Sequence record: NC_016158.1 | Reading direction: 5' to 3' (one strand) | Source of the DNA: Escherichia phage HK639 | Length of the DNA stretch: 49,576 nt | In this document: positions 28,867-37,091 of the stretch, one piece after another | Layout of the letters: every line of letters starts with the position of its first letter | How positions within the stretch are numbered: position 1 is the stretch's first letter | The notes under the pieces: generated by a model | The model's database searches: none | What the model saw: only the letters and a program-made list of their open reading frames with translations | What the model was told of the DNA's origin: nothing | Translations under genes and position numbers: made by a program

Positions 28867-29060
28867 CACTCCTCCTCCACATACAGCGACCAACCACTGA
28901 TGGCGTCAACCCATCGCTTTGTTTTGCGCCCAAGGCCATGCGTCCCCATGCGAAGTACTGCCTCTTTCCCGGCAACATCGACAACTTTGTAGAGGAAGCC
29001 CCGCGGCGACTGCCAGATCTCGCCAACTTGGAAGCGCTCACCTTTAAGTACTTTCGACAT
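28866..29060 (-). CDS. hypothetical small protein
   Basis: 64 aa ORF, overlapping stop/start with neighbours. Confidence 0.4.
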   Translation of the reverse strand: MSKVLKGERFQVGEIWQSPRGFLYKVVDVAGKEAVLRMGTHGLGRKTKRWVDAISGWSLYVEEE

Positions 29061-29151
29061 AATCAGTGCTCCCTGAACTGTTCATTGATGCGGCTGACGG
29101 CAAACGCCAGCAAATGCAGGGGCCGCATTAGCGACCCGGTGATTTGTGCTG

Positions 29152-29811
29152 TCATGCGGCCTCCGTTTTGATCACGTCGATCGCGCATCCTGGCAGCAAC
29201 TGAACCGCCGACGTCGGGCACTGGTTGCCCCAATGATCCCACCCCGGCGCACCGCAACGACTGAACAACTCGATGCGCGGTACGTCGCCGTAGAGCAACT
29301 CAAGACGGTGGCGAACCTCCCACGGCTTTTCACTGTGGGCACCGAGCGGGCTGTAAACCACCTGCTTAATCCCGGCGTGCTGTCGCTCAAGCCCAGCGCC
29401 GCGGGTGGCAATCAGCAGGTCTTCGGTATTTGCACGGGTGTGGTTGCCGCCGTTCATGCGCGTCTCGGCGTTAAGCAGGTCGAGGAAGTCGTAAAAGTCG
29501 GTGATTTCACCCTCGGCCAGCGCCTTGTTGATGCGCATCTCGGCGTTCTGATTAAGCTTCACCCAGGTAAAGCCCTTCATCGTGCGAACGGTAAAGCCCC
29601 AGGCCTCGGCAAGTTCGATAGCCTCCTGGTTATGCGTGCCGGTGTACCACATCGCCAGCACCGAGTTTTCGGCGGCAAGCTCCCACACCGGCAGGCGCTT
29701 AATGTCGATTAGCTTCATGGTTGAGTAGTGATCGGCGGCAGCGCCGTTGCTGATGGTGTTGCCGTAAGACCAGGGCGGATCAGCGTAGATAAGAGCGTAT
29801 TTTCCGGTCAT
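29152..29811 (-). CDS. DNA N6-adenine methyltransferase, MT-A70 family
   Basis: 219 aa; N-terminal DPPW motif (LIYADPPWSYGN) characteristic of MT-A70/Dam-like phage methylases. Confidence 0.8.
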   Translation of the reverse strand: MTGKYALIYADPPWSYGNTISNGAAADHYSTMKLIDIKRLPVWELAAENSVLAMWYTGTHNQEAIELAEAWGFTVRTMKGFTWVKLNQNAEMRINKALAEGEITDFYDFLDLLNAETRMNGGNHTRANTEDLLIATRGAGLERQHAGIKQVVYSPLGAHSEKPWEVRHRLELLYGDVPRIELFSRCGAPGWDHWGNQCPTSAVQLLPGCAIDVIKTEAA

Positions 29812-29975
29812 ACATCCTCCCGCTCCGGATCGTTAACATCCCAGCCATTACGCTCAATATTGGTTTGCAGCCGCTTATCTCCTACCTCTTCAATGTTGCG
29901 GCCGGTAATCTCTGCGACCTCAGCGTTTGAGTGTCGCCATAGCAGTGCCAGCTCTTCGAGTGACCATGCTTTCAT
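29809..29975 (-). CDS. hypothetical small protein (55 aa)
   Basis: MKAWSLEELALLWRHSNAEVAEITGRNIEEV...; stop overlaps methylase start (ATGA); below ORF-track cutoff. Confidence 0.35.
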
Positions 29976-30400
29976 AGCACTGACTCCATTTCGTCGATGT
30001 AGAGGCCAGCGGCAATCAGGCGGCTACGGCGGGCGGCACGTTCTATGCACTCCTGCCGTCTGCCTTCTTGTGATTGCTCTATGGCGCGCCGGGTGAATAG
30101 CCGCGATTTACCCTGCGGCGTAATGACCTTTGGCTTGCTGGCCAGGCTAAATTTCCGGTCGCAGATGCCGTCCTCGTTGATCCATTTTTTCGACTCAACG
30201 ATCTGCGCTATCTGTCCGGAGCCGCGGGTAATGCCGTTGGCGACCCGGTTAAATTCGATGAGCGTTACGCCAAACTTCTCGGCGATTTCGCTACCGGTGA
30301 CCGGGCGGCCTCGCGTCTGAATCATCCAGATAACGCGTTCACGGAGGCCGGAGAATTGCCCGGTGCGCCCGGGCCTGCGGTAGAAGGGTGTGCGTTTCAT
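29972..30400 (-). CDS. hypothetical protein, possible HTH
   Basis: 142 aa, basic, in early-left operon. Confidence 0.45.
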   Translation of the reverse strand: MKRTPFYRRPGRTGQFSGLRERVIWMIQTRGRPVTGSEIAEKFGVTLIEFNRVANGITRGSGQIAQIVESKKWINEDGICDRKFSLASKPKVITPQGKSRLFTRRAIEQSQEGRRQECIERAARRSRLIAAGLYIDEMESVL

Positions 30401-30408
30401 GGCTGCAC

Positions 30409-30891
30409 CTACTTGATGATGAGTGAAGGTTTGCCGAGTTTTATTTGCGCGCCAGGTACATCCACGCCAGCTTCTATTTGGTGTTTGATAGCCAATTTGT
30501 CTGGCTTGATGCTCGTCTCGTATTCGACGAATTCAGGAGGAAGTGCGCTGGCATCTGTAATCTCTACTGACTTGGAAGGCGCGCGAACCGTTACCTGATG
30601 AATGCCTGCCTTCAGTGATTTCTTTCCTGCTGTTTCGAGGGAGGTGGCCACATAATCTTTCATGCTCGACACACGGTTTTCTGCGGCTTTTGCGCGCTCT
30701 GCAAGACGCTTGCTTTCTTCTCTCAGCGCCTCGGCATAAGCAGATTCGTTTTTGCAGACAGCAAGGATCTGCTCGACCTTTGCTTCCAGCTCCCACTCAA
30801 TGCCATCAAGGGTGTCGGCTATCATTTCAGGCTCCATGCCTGAATCAGTCAGCTTTGCGAAATCATTGGCGATCTGGTAAAGAGCTGTCAT
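30409..30891 (-). CDS. Gp157-like protein (siphovirus Gp157 family)
   Basis: ORF 30409..30921; start at Met11; coiled-coil-rich; adjacent to RecT as is common for this family. Confidence 0.5.
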   Translation of the reverse strand: MTALYQIANDFAKLTDSGMEPEMIADTLDGIEWELEAKVEQILAVCKNESAYAEALREESKRLAERAKAAENRVSSMKDYVATSLETAGKKSLKAGIHQVTVRAPSKSVEITDASALPPEFVEYETSIKPDKLAIKHQIEAGVDVPGAQIKLGKPSLIIK

Positions 30892-31808
30892 TGCGTAACC
30901 TCTTCGAATTTTGCTTTGCACTTGGCATAGACGGCCTGAACCTCTTGTTGAAGCTGCATTCCGACCGTCATTTTGTAAGCTGCCTGGAAGTGAGTTTTGA
31001 GAGCATGCATGTTTTTCGCCTGCTTCATGTCCTCACATAGTGACTGGATGGTGTTGATAAGTTCCTGTTTTGCGTTTTCTTCTGACTGGATGATTTCGCT
31101 TTCAGGGGTGTATGGCATAACTGGCTCGGTGTATATGCCTTCGCTTTCGTTGAGCACATCGACGGCATTATCCAGTCGGTCGGCACGCGGCCAGTATTTA
31201 TAGGCTCTCTTGACGATCGTCTTCCTGGCCATCTCAGACCAGAAGTTGACCCATGGGCCTTTTGGTGATGTTCCCGCTTTGCTCACTTTCCTGATTTCTT
31301 CTATCTCAGCGAGACTCATCTCTTCAGTGAGATAGTCGCCATCAGCGGTTTTAACTGTGCAGTAGCCACCGATAACGGCACCGCGAGCGTCAGGCGTGGC
31401 AAACGGGTTGTATTTATGAGCTGGCGCCTTATCGAGACCTAATGTCTCGTAGTCGTCGCTTGCATGAACTAGCTTGCACTGACCCCACTTGATGACGCCA
31501 GCCGACTGGGCGATGTGTAGAAGGCCCATATAGCTGATATCGAGGCAGACCATACCGTCGCGCGGAACCAGATAAGCCAGTTTGCTGGCAGGGTTCAGGC
31601 TAATGCCGACAGCTGCAACGTTGATAATCGCGTTCTGGGCGCTGGTGGGGTTGGCAATCGCCGTTTCTGCCAGTTTTTGATTGCGCTGGAATAACTGGAT
31701 GGCGAACTGGCATTCCTTTGCCCAAGTCAGAGACTGGTCGGTAAGGGCTCCGACAAAAAGCGGCTCCTGCTCCTTTACGAACTGAATCAGATCGAAGCTC
31801 ATAATCAC
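30888..31808 (-). CDS. recT: RecT-family single-strand annealing recombinase
   Basis: 306 aa; core AYLVPRDG...GLLHIAQ...KLVHASD resembling RecT/Bet family. Confidence 0.75.
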   Translation of the reverse strand: MIMSFDLIQFVKEQEPLFVGALTDQSLTWAKECQFAIQLFQRNQKLAETAIANPTSAQNAIINVAAVGISLNPASKLAYLVPRDGMVCLDISYMGLLHIAQSAGVIKWGQCKLVHASDDYETLGLDKAPAHKYNPFATPDARGAVIGGYCTVKTADGDYLTEEMSLAEIEEIRKVSKAGTSPKGPWVNFWSEMARKTIVKRAYKYWPRADRLDNAVDVLNESEGIYTEPVMPYTPESEIIQSEENAKQELINTIQSLCEDMKQAKNMHALKTHFQAAYKMTVGMQLQQEVQAVYAKCKAKFEEVTQ

Positions 31809-31811
31809 TCC

Positions 31812-32096
31812 TTAAAACGGGCAGCCGGTACGGTGTTCCCAGTCGTATTCCGCCTGGGCGTAAGCAACTGCCGAAATGAAATCGTTGTAGGCCTCGCCAG
31901 CTTTATCGCTGCGAAGTCCTTCGTATGGGCTGGAGTCAATCGGGACCGAGAAGTGGAAGAGGCCGGACGGCTCTTTTGGCATCATGTCGATGATTTTCTG
32001 CGCCCGGTCGTCGATCCACTTCTCTTTCTCGTCGTCGAGCTGCTGCTCAACCCAGCGCCGATTTTCGATTCGGTCGTAAGTGAGATATGCGTTCAT
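31812..32096 (-). CDS. hypothetical protein
   Basis: ORF 31812..32138; start at Met15 (32096). Confidence 0.4.
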   Translation of the reverse strand: MNAYLTYDRIENRRWVEQQLDDEKEKWIDDRAQKIIDMMPKEPSGLFHFSVPIDSSPYEGLRSDKAGEAYNDFISAVAYAQAEYDWEHRTGCPF

Positions 32097-32174
32097 GGCT
32101 GAACTCCTGAAATTTGGATGTGCAGATCCCGCCCGCAAAAAGCCAGGCCGATCGGTTGAATAGGGTGGTTAATA

Positions 32175-32381
32175 TCAGTGAACCATCGGCTCGCCGCGCT
32201 CATTCAGCAGCACAACGACGGAATCACTTTTGATGATGGTTTTTTCGAAGATGTTGAAGGCGTACAGGCCTTTCTCAACGTTCGCAGAGGCGCGATAAGT
32301 TTTGCCGTGGTGTTGCAGCATTGTGCCCGGTAAAACCTCGCTACGTGGCACTGATGCGGTGCCATAGTGCATTCCGATCAT
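32175..32381 (-). CDS. hypothetical small protein
   Basis: 68 aa ORF. Confidence 0.4.
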   Translation of the reverse strand: MIGMHYGTASVPRSEVLPGTMLQHHGKTYRASANVEKGLYAFNIFEKTIIKSDSVVVLLNERGEPMVH

Positions 32382-32536
32382 ACCTTCACCTCAACCTGTT
32401 TCAGGAGGCCAGCGATATGCATCTGCCAGCGGTTCAGCGTCAGCTTGTCGCGCGGTGTCGACACCGACGTCAGCTGCCATTCGTTATCGTTGAGCTTTTT
32501 GGCGGTGTACTGCTTGCCGTTGTGGGTGACTGTCAT
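32378..32536 (-). CDS. hypothetical small protein (52 aa)
   Basis: MTVTHNGKQYTAKKLNDNEWQLTS...; RBS GGGAGG; stop overlaps next start; below ORF-track cutoff. Confidence 0.35.
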   Translation of the reverse strand: MTVTHNGKQYTAKKLNDNEWQLTSVSTPRDKLTLNRWQMHIAGLLKQVEVKV

Positions 32537-33048
32537 GATGCCTCCCTGGCTTTGGCATTTGCCGCATTGATGGCGTCAATGTTCATCAGGCAGTAGATAG
32601 CGCATTCTGCGTCGTAATCACTCAGCCCGCCGCTTGCCAGCTTGTTAAGTGCAGTGCCAGTTAAGCCGATCTTGAAGCAGATAGAGCCGTGCTTAGGGCC
32701 ATATCCATAACGATGATCTTCACGCTGGTCGCTCCATTGGGCGTAGTTTTTAGTGCCAAAATAACGCTCGCTCAGGCGCGGAAACCCGGATGCAATGTCG
32801 TTAATCGCATCTTCAACACACCCGCGCCGCTCCATGCTTTGCTTCGGGTCTCCGAAATTAACGATCGTCATGCCATGCTGGACCATCTCAACCGTAAGGC
32901 CTTTATTGGCCTGGTTGATTCCTTCAGACACGGCAATCAACTCCTTTCCGATACGTGAGGTATCGTCAACAAACTTCGCCTTCAACTGAGCCAGCTCAGC
33001 TTCAATTGCCATTTTCTTTTTGGTCAATTCGATAAGAGTCATAATCAT
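32533..33048 (-). CDS. hypothetical protein
   Basis: 171 aa, N-terminal coiled coil. Confidence 0.45.
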   Translation of the reverse strand: MIMTLIELTKKKMAIEAELAQLKAKFVDDTSRIGKELIAVSEGINQANKGLTVEMVQHGMTIVNFGDPKQSMERRGCVEDAINDIASGFPRLSERYFGTKNYAQWSDQREDHRYGYGPKHGSICFKIGLTGTALNKLASGGLSDYDAECAIYCLMNIDAINAANAKAREAS

Positions 33049-33177
33049 CTCCGCGCTTAAGGCCGCGCCGCCGAACGTTAAACAAGACTTCTGCGCTTGT
33101 GCGAAAAATATGCTGGCGGTGGATGGCCGCCGGTTGTCATAAATGGGCAGACTCGAAAATCTGCCTATGTATGGCCG

Positions 33178-33202
33178 ATAAAAAACCCGCCGGAGCGGGT
33201 TA
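33178..33202 (-). terminator. hairpin with T-run (minus strand) at end of membrane-protein gene
   Basis: Minus strand AACCCGC-TCCGGC-GGGTT followed by TTTTTTAT; overlaps the gene stop. Confidence 0.45.
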
Positions 33203-33649
33203 CTTAATTAGTGAGGCTGCGTATTCGAGGAGATACAGTTTTGGGGCCAGCCAGATTTTTAGCCACGTCAGGTCAGATAAGATGACGAAGGCGATGACCG
33301 AATACAGGAACATAATGGTTCCAAAAAACACTGACGAAGCACTGATAGTGCCGTCTTTGTCCCAGACCAATGTTGGTCTATATTTTGGCTTGCCGCGTTC
33401 CCATGAATATCCCTCTTCGCCATAAACTCCGTCCTGCTCGCGCTTCATCATTACCCTGAAGAATTTAATCGCAACCGGGATAGTCGCCAGAATAACCAGC
33501 GTGAGCATCATGCTTTTGGTGAATTTCCATACCAGCAACTGATGCACAACCTCCGGGATCTGCGCTTGGCTAAATGACACCGCAGCATCGATGCCATTCG
33601 CCGCTTTCTGTAATAGATCAACGAGAATTTTGTTCGCTTGTTCGTTCAT
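33200..33649 (-). CDS. membrane protein (two predicted TM helices), possible exclusion-type protein
   Basis: 149 aa; hydrophobic stretches MMLTLVILATIPVAIKFF and VFFGTIMFLYSVIAFVIL. Confidence 0.5.
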   Translation of the reverse strand: MNEQANKILVDLLQKAANGIDAAVSFSQAQIPEVVHQLLVWKFTKSMMLTLVILATIPVAIKFFRVMMKREQDGVYGEEGYSWERGKPKYRPTLVWDKDGTISASSVFFGTIMFLYSVIAFVILSDLTWLKIWLAPKLYLLEYAASLIK

Positions 33650-33693
33650 AATTGCCCTCTGTCGTTACCCGCAGATGCGGGAGAAATGCTTTG

Positions 33694-33763
33694 TGGTGGA
33701 GTGCTCCGGATTCGAACCGAAGTTTTCATGGGTGATCAGTCCATGCAGGCCCAGCCACACCCC
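33694..33763 (-). other. tRNA-like element (T-arm, acceptor 3' strand, CCA) of non-canonical structure
   Basis: Minus strand reads GGGGTGT...TTCGG-TTCGAAT-CCGGA-GCACTCC-A-CCA; 5' GGGGTGT can pair with 3' GCACTCC via two G-U pairs; only 35 nt between, so no canonical D/anticodon arms. Confidence 0.3.
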
Positions 33764-33887
33764 ACTACAAAACATTCCAGTTATTGCCGGGGTATTTATC
33801 CGCGCCCGGCGCGCGCTTTCCCGCTATTCCCCAACAGCAAGAAATCGCTTACTCTTTAATCTCCCCAACAGTAGAAAGGATATATTC

Positions 33888-34109
33888 ATGCAAACCATGC
33901 GGACCGTGTGCCCTGACTGCGGAAGTGAGATGTTCAACCAGCCCGATGATTTTGACTTTGAGACAAATTTCACCGGCGTCAGTTGTGCTGACTGTGGTCG
34001 AGAAATCACTAAGGACGATGTTGTCAATCAGGCCACGGACACGGTCAAAAAACAGATCGACGACATGCTCAGGAATTCCCTGAAAGGAACTGGCTGGAAG
34101 TTCAAGTAA
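33888..34109 (+). CDS. zinc-ribbon protein (CxxC...CxxC), orientation uncertain
   Basis: 73 aa MQTMRTVCPDCGSEM...VSCADCGREI with RBS AAAGGA; antisense ORF 33849..34196 (113 aa, RBS GAGGGG) is an alternative reading. Confidence 0.35.
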   Translation: MQTMRTVCPDCGSEMFNQPDDFDFETNFTGVSCADCGREITKDDVVNQATDTVKKQIDDMLRNSLKGTGWKFK

Positions 34110-34236
34110 CCTTAAAAGCTCCCCGAACTGAGTAAGAACCTCACTGGCGTCTACGTTAAGCAGTAGTGGCGCCGTTTTTTTATCTGCCATACACACCCCT
34201 CTGTTTGTTTACCGTCAGCCCCTCGCAAAGAGCTGC

Positions 34237-34253
34237 TGGTAAATCGTTTAGCC
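34237..34253. promoter_or_regulatory. imperfect inverted repeat TGGTAAA-TCG-TTTAGCC
   Basis: Same half-site family as the perfect palindrome at 34744..34760. Confidence 0.35.
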
Positions 34254-34486
34254 ATAATTGCCGCTCTTCCTGAGCCCGCCTATGGTCCGACGCATGGTTT
34301 ACTGTCGCGCCGTTCGACTGACCGAATCTCCACTTCGCCGCTGGCTAACTTCCCTCAGCTATCGATGTTTCGTTTCGATGGATTAAAGATAACCTTAGTT
34401 ATGAGTGATGGCAATAACCTAATTTATAATATCAATCACATAAGTTATAAATTAATGATAACTAAATGAATTTATTTTTGTAAATC

Positions 34487-34723
34487 ATGAGTGCTATGCT
34501 CACAAAAACAGCAGGAGGGATGTGCATGGTTCTGGATGAAGAGCGTATAAGCATGAAAATTCAGGCGATGGGGCGGGCGGTGATGGAATTGTCACTGGCT
34601 GATTTACCCATGACCCAGCAAAACATCATCGACAAGCTGGAGCAGTACCGGAAGGAAACAGGAAACGTGATAGGGAAGGGCGTGAACAGGGATGCGGCTG
34701 AGATAGTGTGGAAAGGCTTATAG
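34487..34723 (+). CDS. hypothetical small protein (true start may be internal Met)
   Basis: 78 aa; preceded by very AT-rich promoter-like region; weak resemblance of C-terminal part to Hha/YmoA-like proteins, not verifiable. Confidence 0.4.
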   Translation: MSAMLTKTAGGMCMVLDEERISMKIQAMGRAVMELSLADLPMTQQNIIDKLEQYRKETGNVIGKGVNRDAAEIVWKGL

Positions 34724-34743
34724 ATGGTTAACGGTGTCACCAA

Positions 34744-34760
34744 TGGTAAATCGTTTACCA
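34744..34760. promoter_or_regulatory. perfect 17-bp palindrome TGGTAAA-TCG-TTTACCA (candidate operator)
   Basis: Followed by two more GTTTACCA copies at 34772..34779 and 34793..34800. Confidence 0.45.
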
Positions 34761-34926
34761 AGGATGACAGCGTTTACCAGAGGGATCGGGTTGTTTACCA
34801 GCTGGCGGGGAATAGACGCCGTTAATGCCAGCATCCCATAATATTCAATTGGTTACGCTGACGTGGTGGTGGTGGTCGAATGGGGATCGGCAGACACAAA
34901 AAACCCGGCGCGGGGCCGGGGAGGGG

Positions 34927-35325
34927 TTAGTTCATTGGAAGAGAAATTCCAGAAACTCCCGCTTGTGCAAGTAGGGTATCAGCGAAGAATTTAAAATAAG
35001 TTTTCATGAACGACGAAAAATACCATGTATTTTCAATAAGAAACGTTTCATCTACAGTTTTATCTTTTGGATATGTATAGACCATCTTCATATCTATTTT
35101 TAAAGAAAACACTTTTGTAGATTTATCAGGACCATAGCTATCAGCAAAGGGACTGGCATGAACGATAATCACTGATAGATCAGGGTTGGAAAGTAGAGTC
35201 CCGCCAGCCTCAAAATTTAAATCGCCATACTCGAAAGTAACCTCTCCGCCATAAGAGTCTCCTAAGCGCGAAATTGCGCTATTAGTTACTGATGCTTCAA
35301 TGAGTTGCAATTCGCTTAATAGCAT
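34927..35325 (-). CDS. hypothetical protein, third gene of Gp49/HigB-like operon
   Basis: 132 aa; start overlaps stop of upstream HTH gene; AT-rich; no recognisable domain. Confidence 0.5.
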   Translation of the reverse strand: MLLSELQLIEASVTNSAISRLGDSYGGEVTFEYGDLNFEAGGTLLSNPDLSVIIVHASPFADSYGPDKSTKVFSLKIDMKMVYTYPKDKTVDETFLIENTWYFSSFMKTYFKFFADTLLAQAGVSGISLPMN

Positions 35326-35750
35326 TTCGTTTGATATTCCGCATTGCTTGTTTTAATAGTAATTTTAATGGTCTGGCCCGGGTTATCGCTAACATCGGCC
35401 GCTTTCCATGAGAGTCGTTTCATATCTGGAATGATGGCATGCGAGACGTCCACTCCTTCTCTTAATATGACAACTTTCGCCACGGCCCCTAAAGCATAGG
35501 CCATATCAGAAAGGGTTTTGAGAGTCATATTCCGAGTGCCGTCGAGCAGCTGGCTTACATGACCTTTAGATTTACCCAATTTTTTAGCTAGCTCGGACTG
35601 AGAAATGTTCGCGTCCTGCATTGCTAAAAGAAGGTCTTCAGTTGTGTTAAAGATCAAGCGCTCACACGCCATCTCTCGCTCACTAACCTCCGGGAAATCA
35701 AAATTATCATCACTAAACAGATTGTTAGCAATCATCATGGCCTCGCTCAA
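35316..35750 (-). CDS. HTH XRE-family protein (HigA-like antitoxin candidate)
   Basis: HTH segment ISQSELAKKLGKSKGHVSQLLDGTRNMTLKTLSDMAYALG; overlaps upstream toxin-like gene. Confidence 0.65.
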   Translation of the reverse strand: MSEAMMIANNLFSDDNFDFPEVSEREMACERLIFNTTEDLLLAMQDANISQSELAKKLGKSKGHVSQLLDGTRNMTLKTLSDMAYALGAVAKVVILREGVDVSHAIIPDMKRLSWKAADVSDNPGQTIKITIKTSNAEYQTKCY

Positions 35751-36018
35751 TTCTTTCCCAATTATTTTTCACCTTTTGGACATCTGAGTCATCAAGTCGG
35801 TCAAAATCTTTGTATATGTAATGACTAATAAAAATCGTCATATCATGTCTGTCAGACTCCCAGTAGTAACCTCTAATCGGAATCTTCTTTATAGCCCAGA
35901 AATTCTTAGCTGGCTTTCCGTTAAACGATGGCAAAATTCCTTCTTTGCGAACACTCAAGTCAGGCGTCCTTTTGCCAGAAGCCAAGCGCTCAAGTTGCAG
36001 GATGAGTGATATCTGCAT
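35725..36018 (-). CDS. Gp49/HigB-like toxin candidate (RelE/ParE superfamily)
   Basis: Track ORF 35725..36129 begins at non-ATG codon; ATG at 36018 with AGAGG RBS gives 97 aa; C-terminal IPIRGYYWESDRHDMTIFISHYIYKDF fits recalled Gp49/HigB pattern. Confidence 0.5.
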   Translation of the reverse strand: MQISLILQLERLASGKRTPDLSVRKEGILPSFNGKPAKNFWAIKKIPIRGYYWESDRHDMTIFISHYIYKDFDRLDDSDVQKVKNNWERIERGHDDC

Positions 36019-36145
36019 ACTTTTCTGCCTCTTTGCAGGAGTAACGCTTTTCAGCGATTCGCTCAGGGATTTCAATGCTCCCTTACAATGCACTATCCGA
36101 TAACACTCACCCTGTATGGAGCCTTTCAATTTATCACCATCTAAG

Positions 36146-36165
36146 AGTTAATATATATATTAACT
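36146..36165. promoter_or_regulatory. 20-bp perfect palindrome AGTTAATATATATATTAACT (candidate operator/promoter of toxin operon)
   Basis: Between cI stop and the HigB-like gene; self-complementary across full length. Confidence 0.5.
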
Positions 36166-36291
36166 TGAAGGATACAAGTTAGTTTGACTTAAAATGCTTA
36201 TTAATATGTATGACTCTTCACACCGAGATGTGCCCTTCGATATTGTCACCAGCTATGCGCCGACCAGAACACCTTGCAGAAGCCCCAGCTG

Positions 36292-36981
36292 TCAAAGCTT
36301 GTTGTAAGCAATGGACTCATGGATCAGCGCCTTACCCATGATGTACAGCTGGTCCTGATTTTCTTCTGTCACATACCAGTCTTTGTACGCCGGGTTATCG
36401 GAAAGTACAGCCAACTGCAGACCCTGCATTTGCAGGCGCTTAACGTGGAAGTGCTGCCCGAAGACAAACGCATACACCCCGTCAACTTTGAAGTTCCTCA
36501 CTGAAACGTCAAAGAAGAGGCGATCGCCAGACTGTATTGTCGGGCACATGCTGTCGCCGTCTACGGTCATCACCTTCACATCATTTTGAGTGCGGTTCCC
36601 GAAAAGAGATCTGGCATGCTCAGTTGTGAACTCAATAGCATGCAGGACCTCAACAAATTCAGAAATCATAAAAGACCCCGGACCAGCGCTTACTTTCAGG
36701 TCTAAAACATCAACCCGAAAGACATCAATTGTTTCCGAGACCGGTTGGGCCGCCGATGGCACATTACCATCAATCCGCATTTCCCCCACTCCAGAACTAA
36801 GCCATTCCGGCCTTACACCCAGAGCATGAGCTAGCTCGACCATCTTACGGCTGCCGCTCGTTTTACCTGATGTCATCTTTTGAATTGCAGGCTGGGATAT
36901 ACCGACTTTATCAGCCAACTGTCCTTGAGATATGTCAGCGGCCGACATAGCCGCGTTCAGTCGTTCTGCAAATGTTTTCAT
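36292..36981 (-). CDS. cI: CI-type prophage repressor (HTH plus S24 peptidase domain)
   Basis: N-terminal HTH QGQLADKVGISQPAIQKMTSGK; C-terminal S24 domain with GDSM motif (VDGDSMCPTI) and conserved Lys region; divergent from cro. Confidence 0.85.
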   Translation of the reverse strand: MKTFAERLNAAMSAADISQGQLADKVGISQPAIQKMTSGKTSGSRKMVELAHALGVRPEWLSSGVGEMRIDGNVPSAAQPVSETIDVFRVDVLDLKVSAGPGSFMISEFVEVLHAIEFTTEHARSLFGNRTQNDVKVMTVDGDSMCPTIQSGDRLFFDVSVRNFKVDGVYAFVFGQHFHVKRLQMQGLQLAVLSDNPAYKDWYVTEENQDQLYIMGKALIHESIAYNKL

Positions 36982-36992
36982 CTTATCAATAT

Positions 36993-37056
36993 ATAACCGA
37001 GGTTATGTAGAGTAAAATAACAAAGGTTATGGACAATGCCCATAACTTGGGTTATC
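36993..37056. promoter_or_regulatory. oR-like operator region with ATAACC/GGTTAT half-sites
   Basis: ATAACC-GA-GGTTAT (36993..37006), lone GGTTAT (37025..37030), ATAAC-TTGG-GTTAT (37043..37055) in the cI-cro intergenic region. Confidence 0.55.
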
Positions 37057-37091
37057 TTTTCATTAATCCAGTAATCGGATAGGTAAAATCC

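Noticed and set aside
33099-33425. 108-aa plus-strand ORF
   Set aside because: Overlaps a minus-strand terminator and the 3' end of a minus-strand membrane-protein gene; no RBS; opposite to local operon polarity
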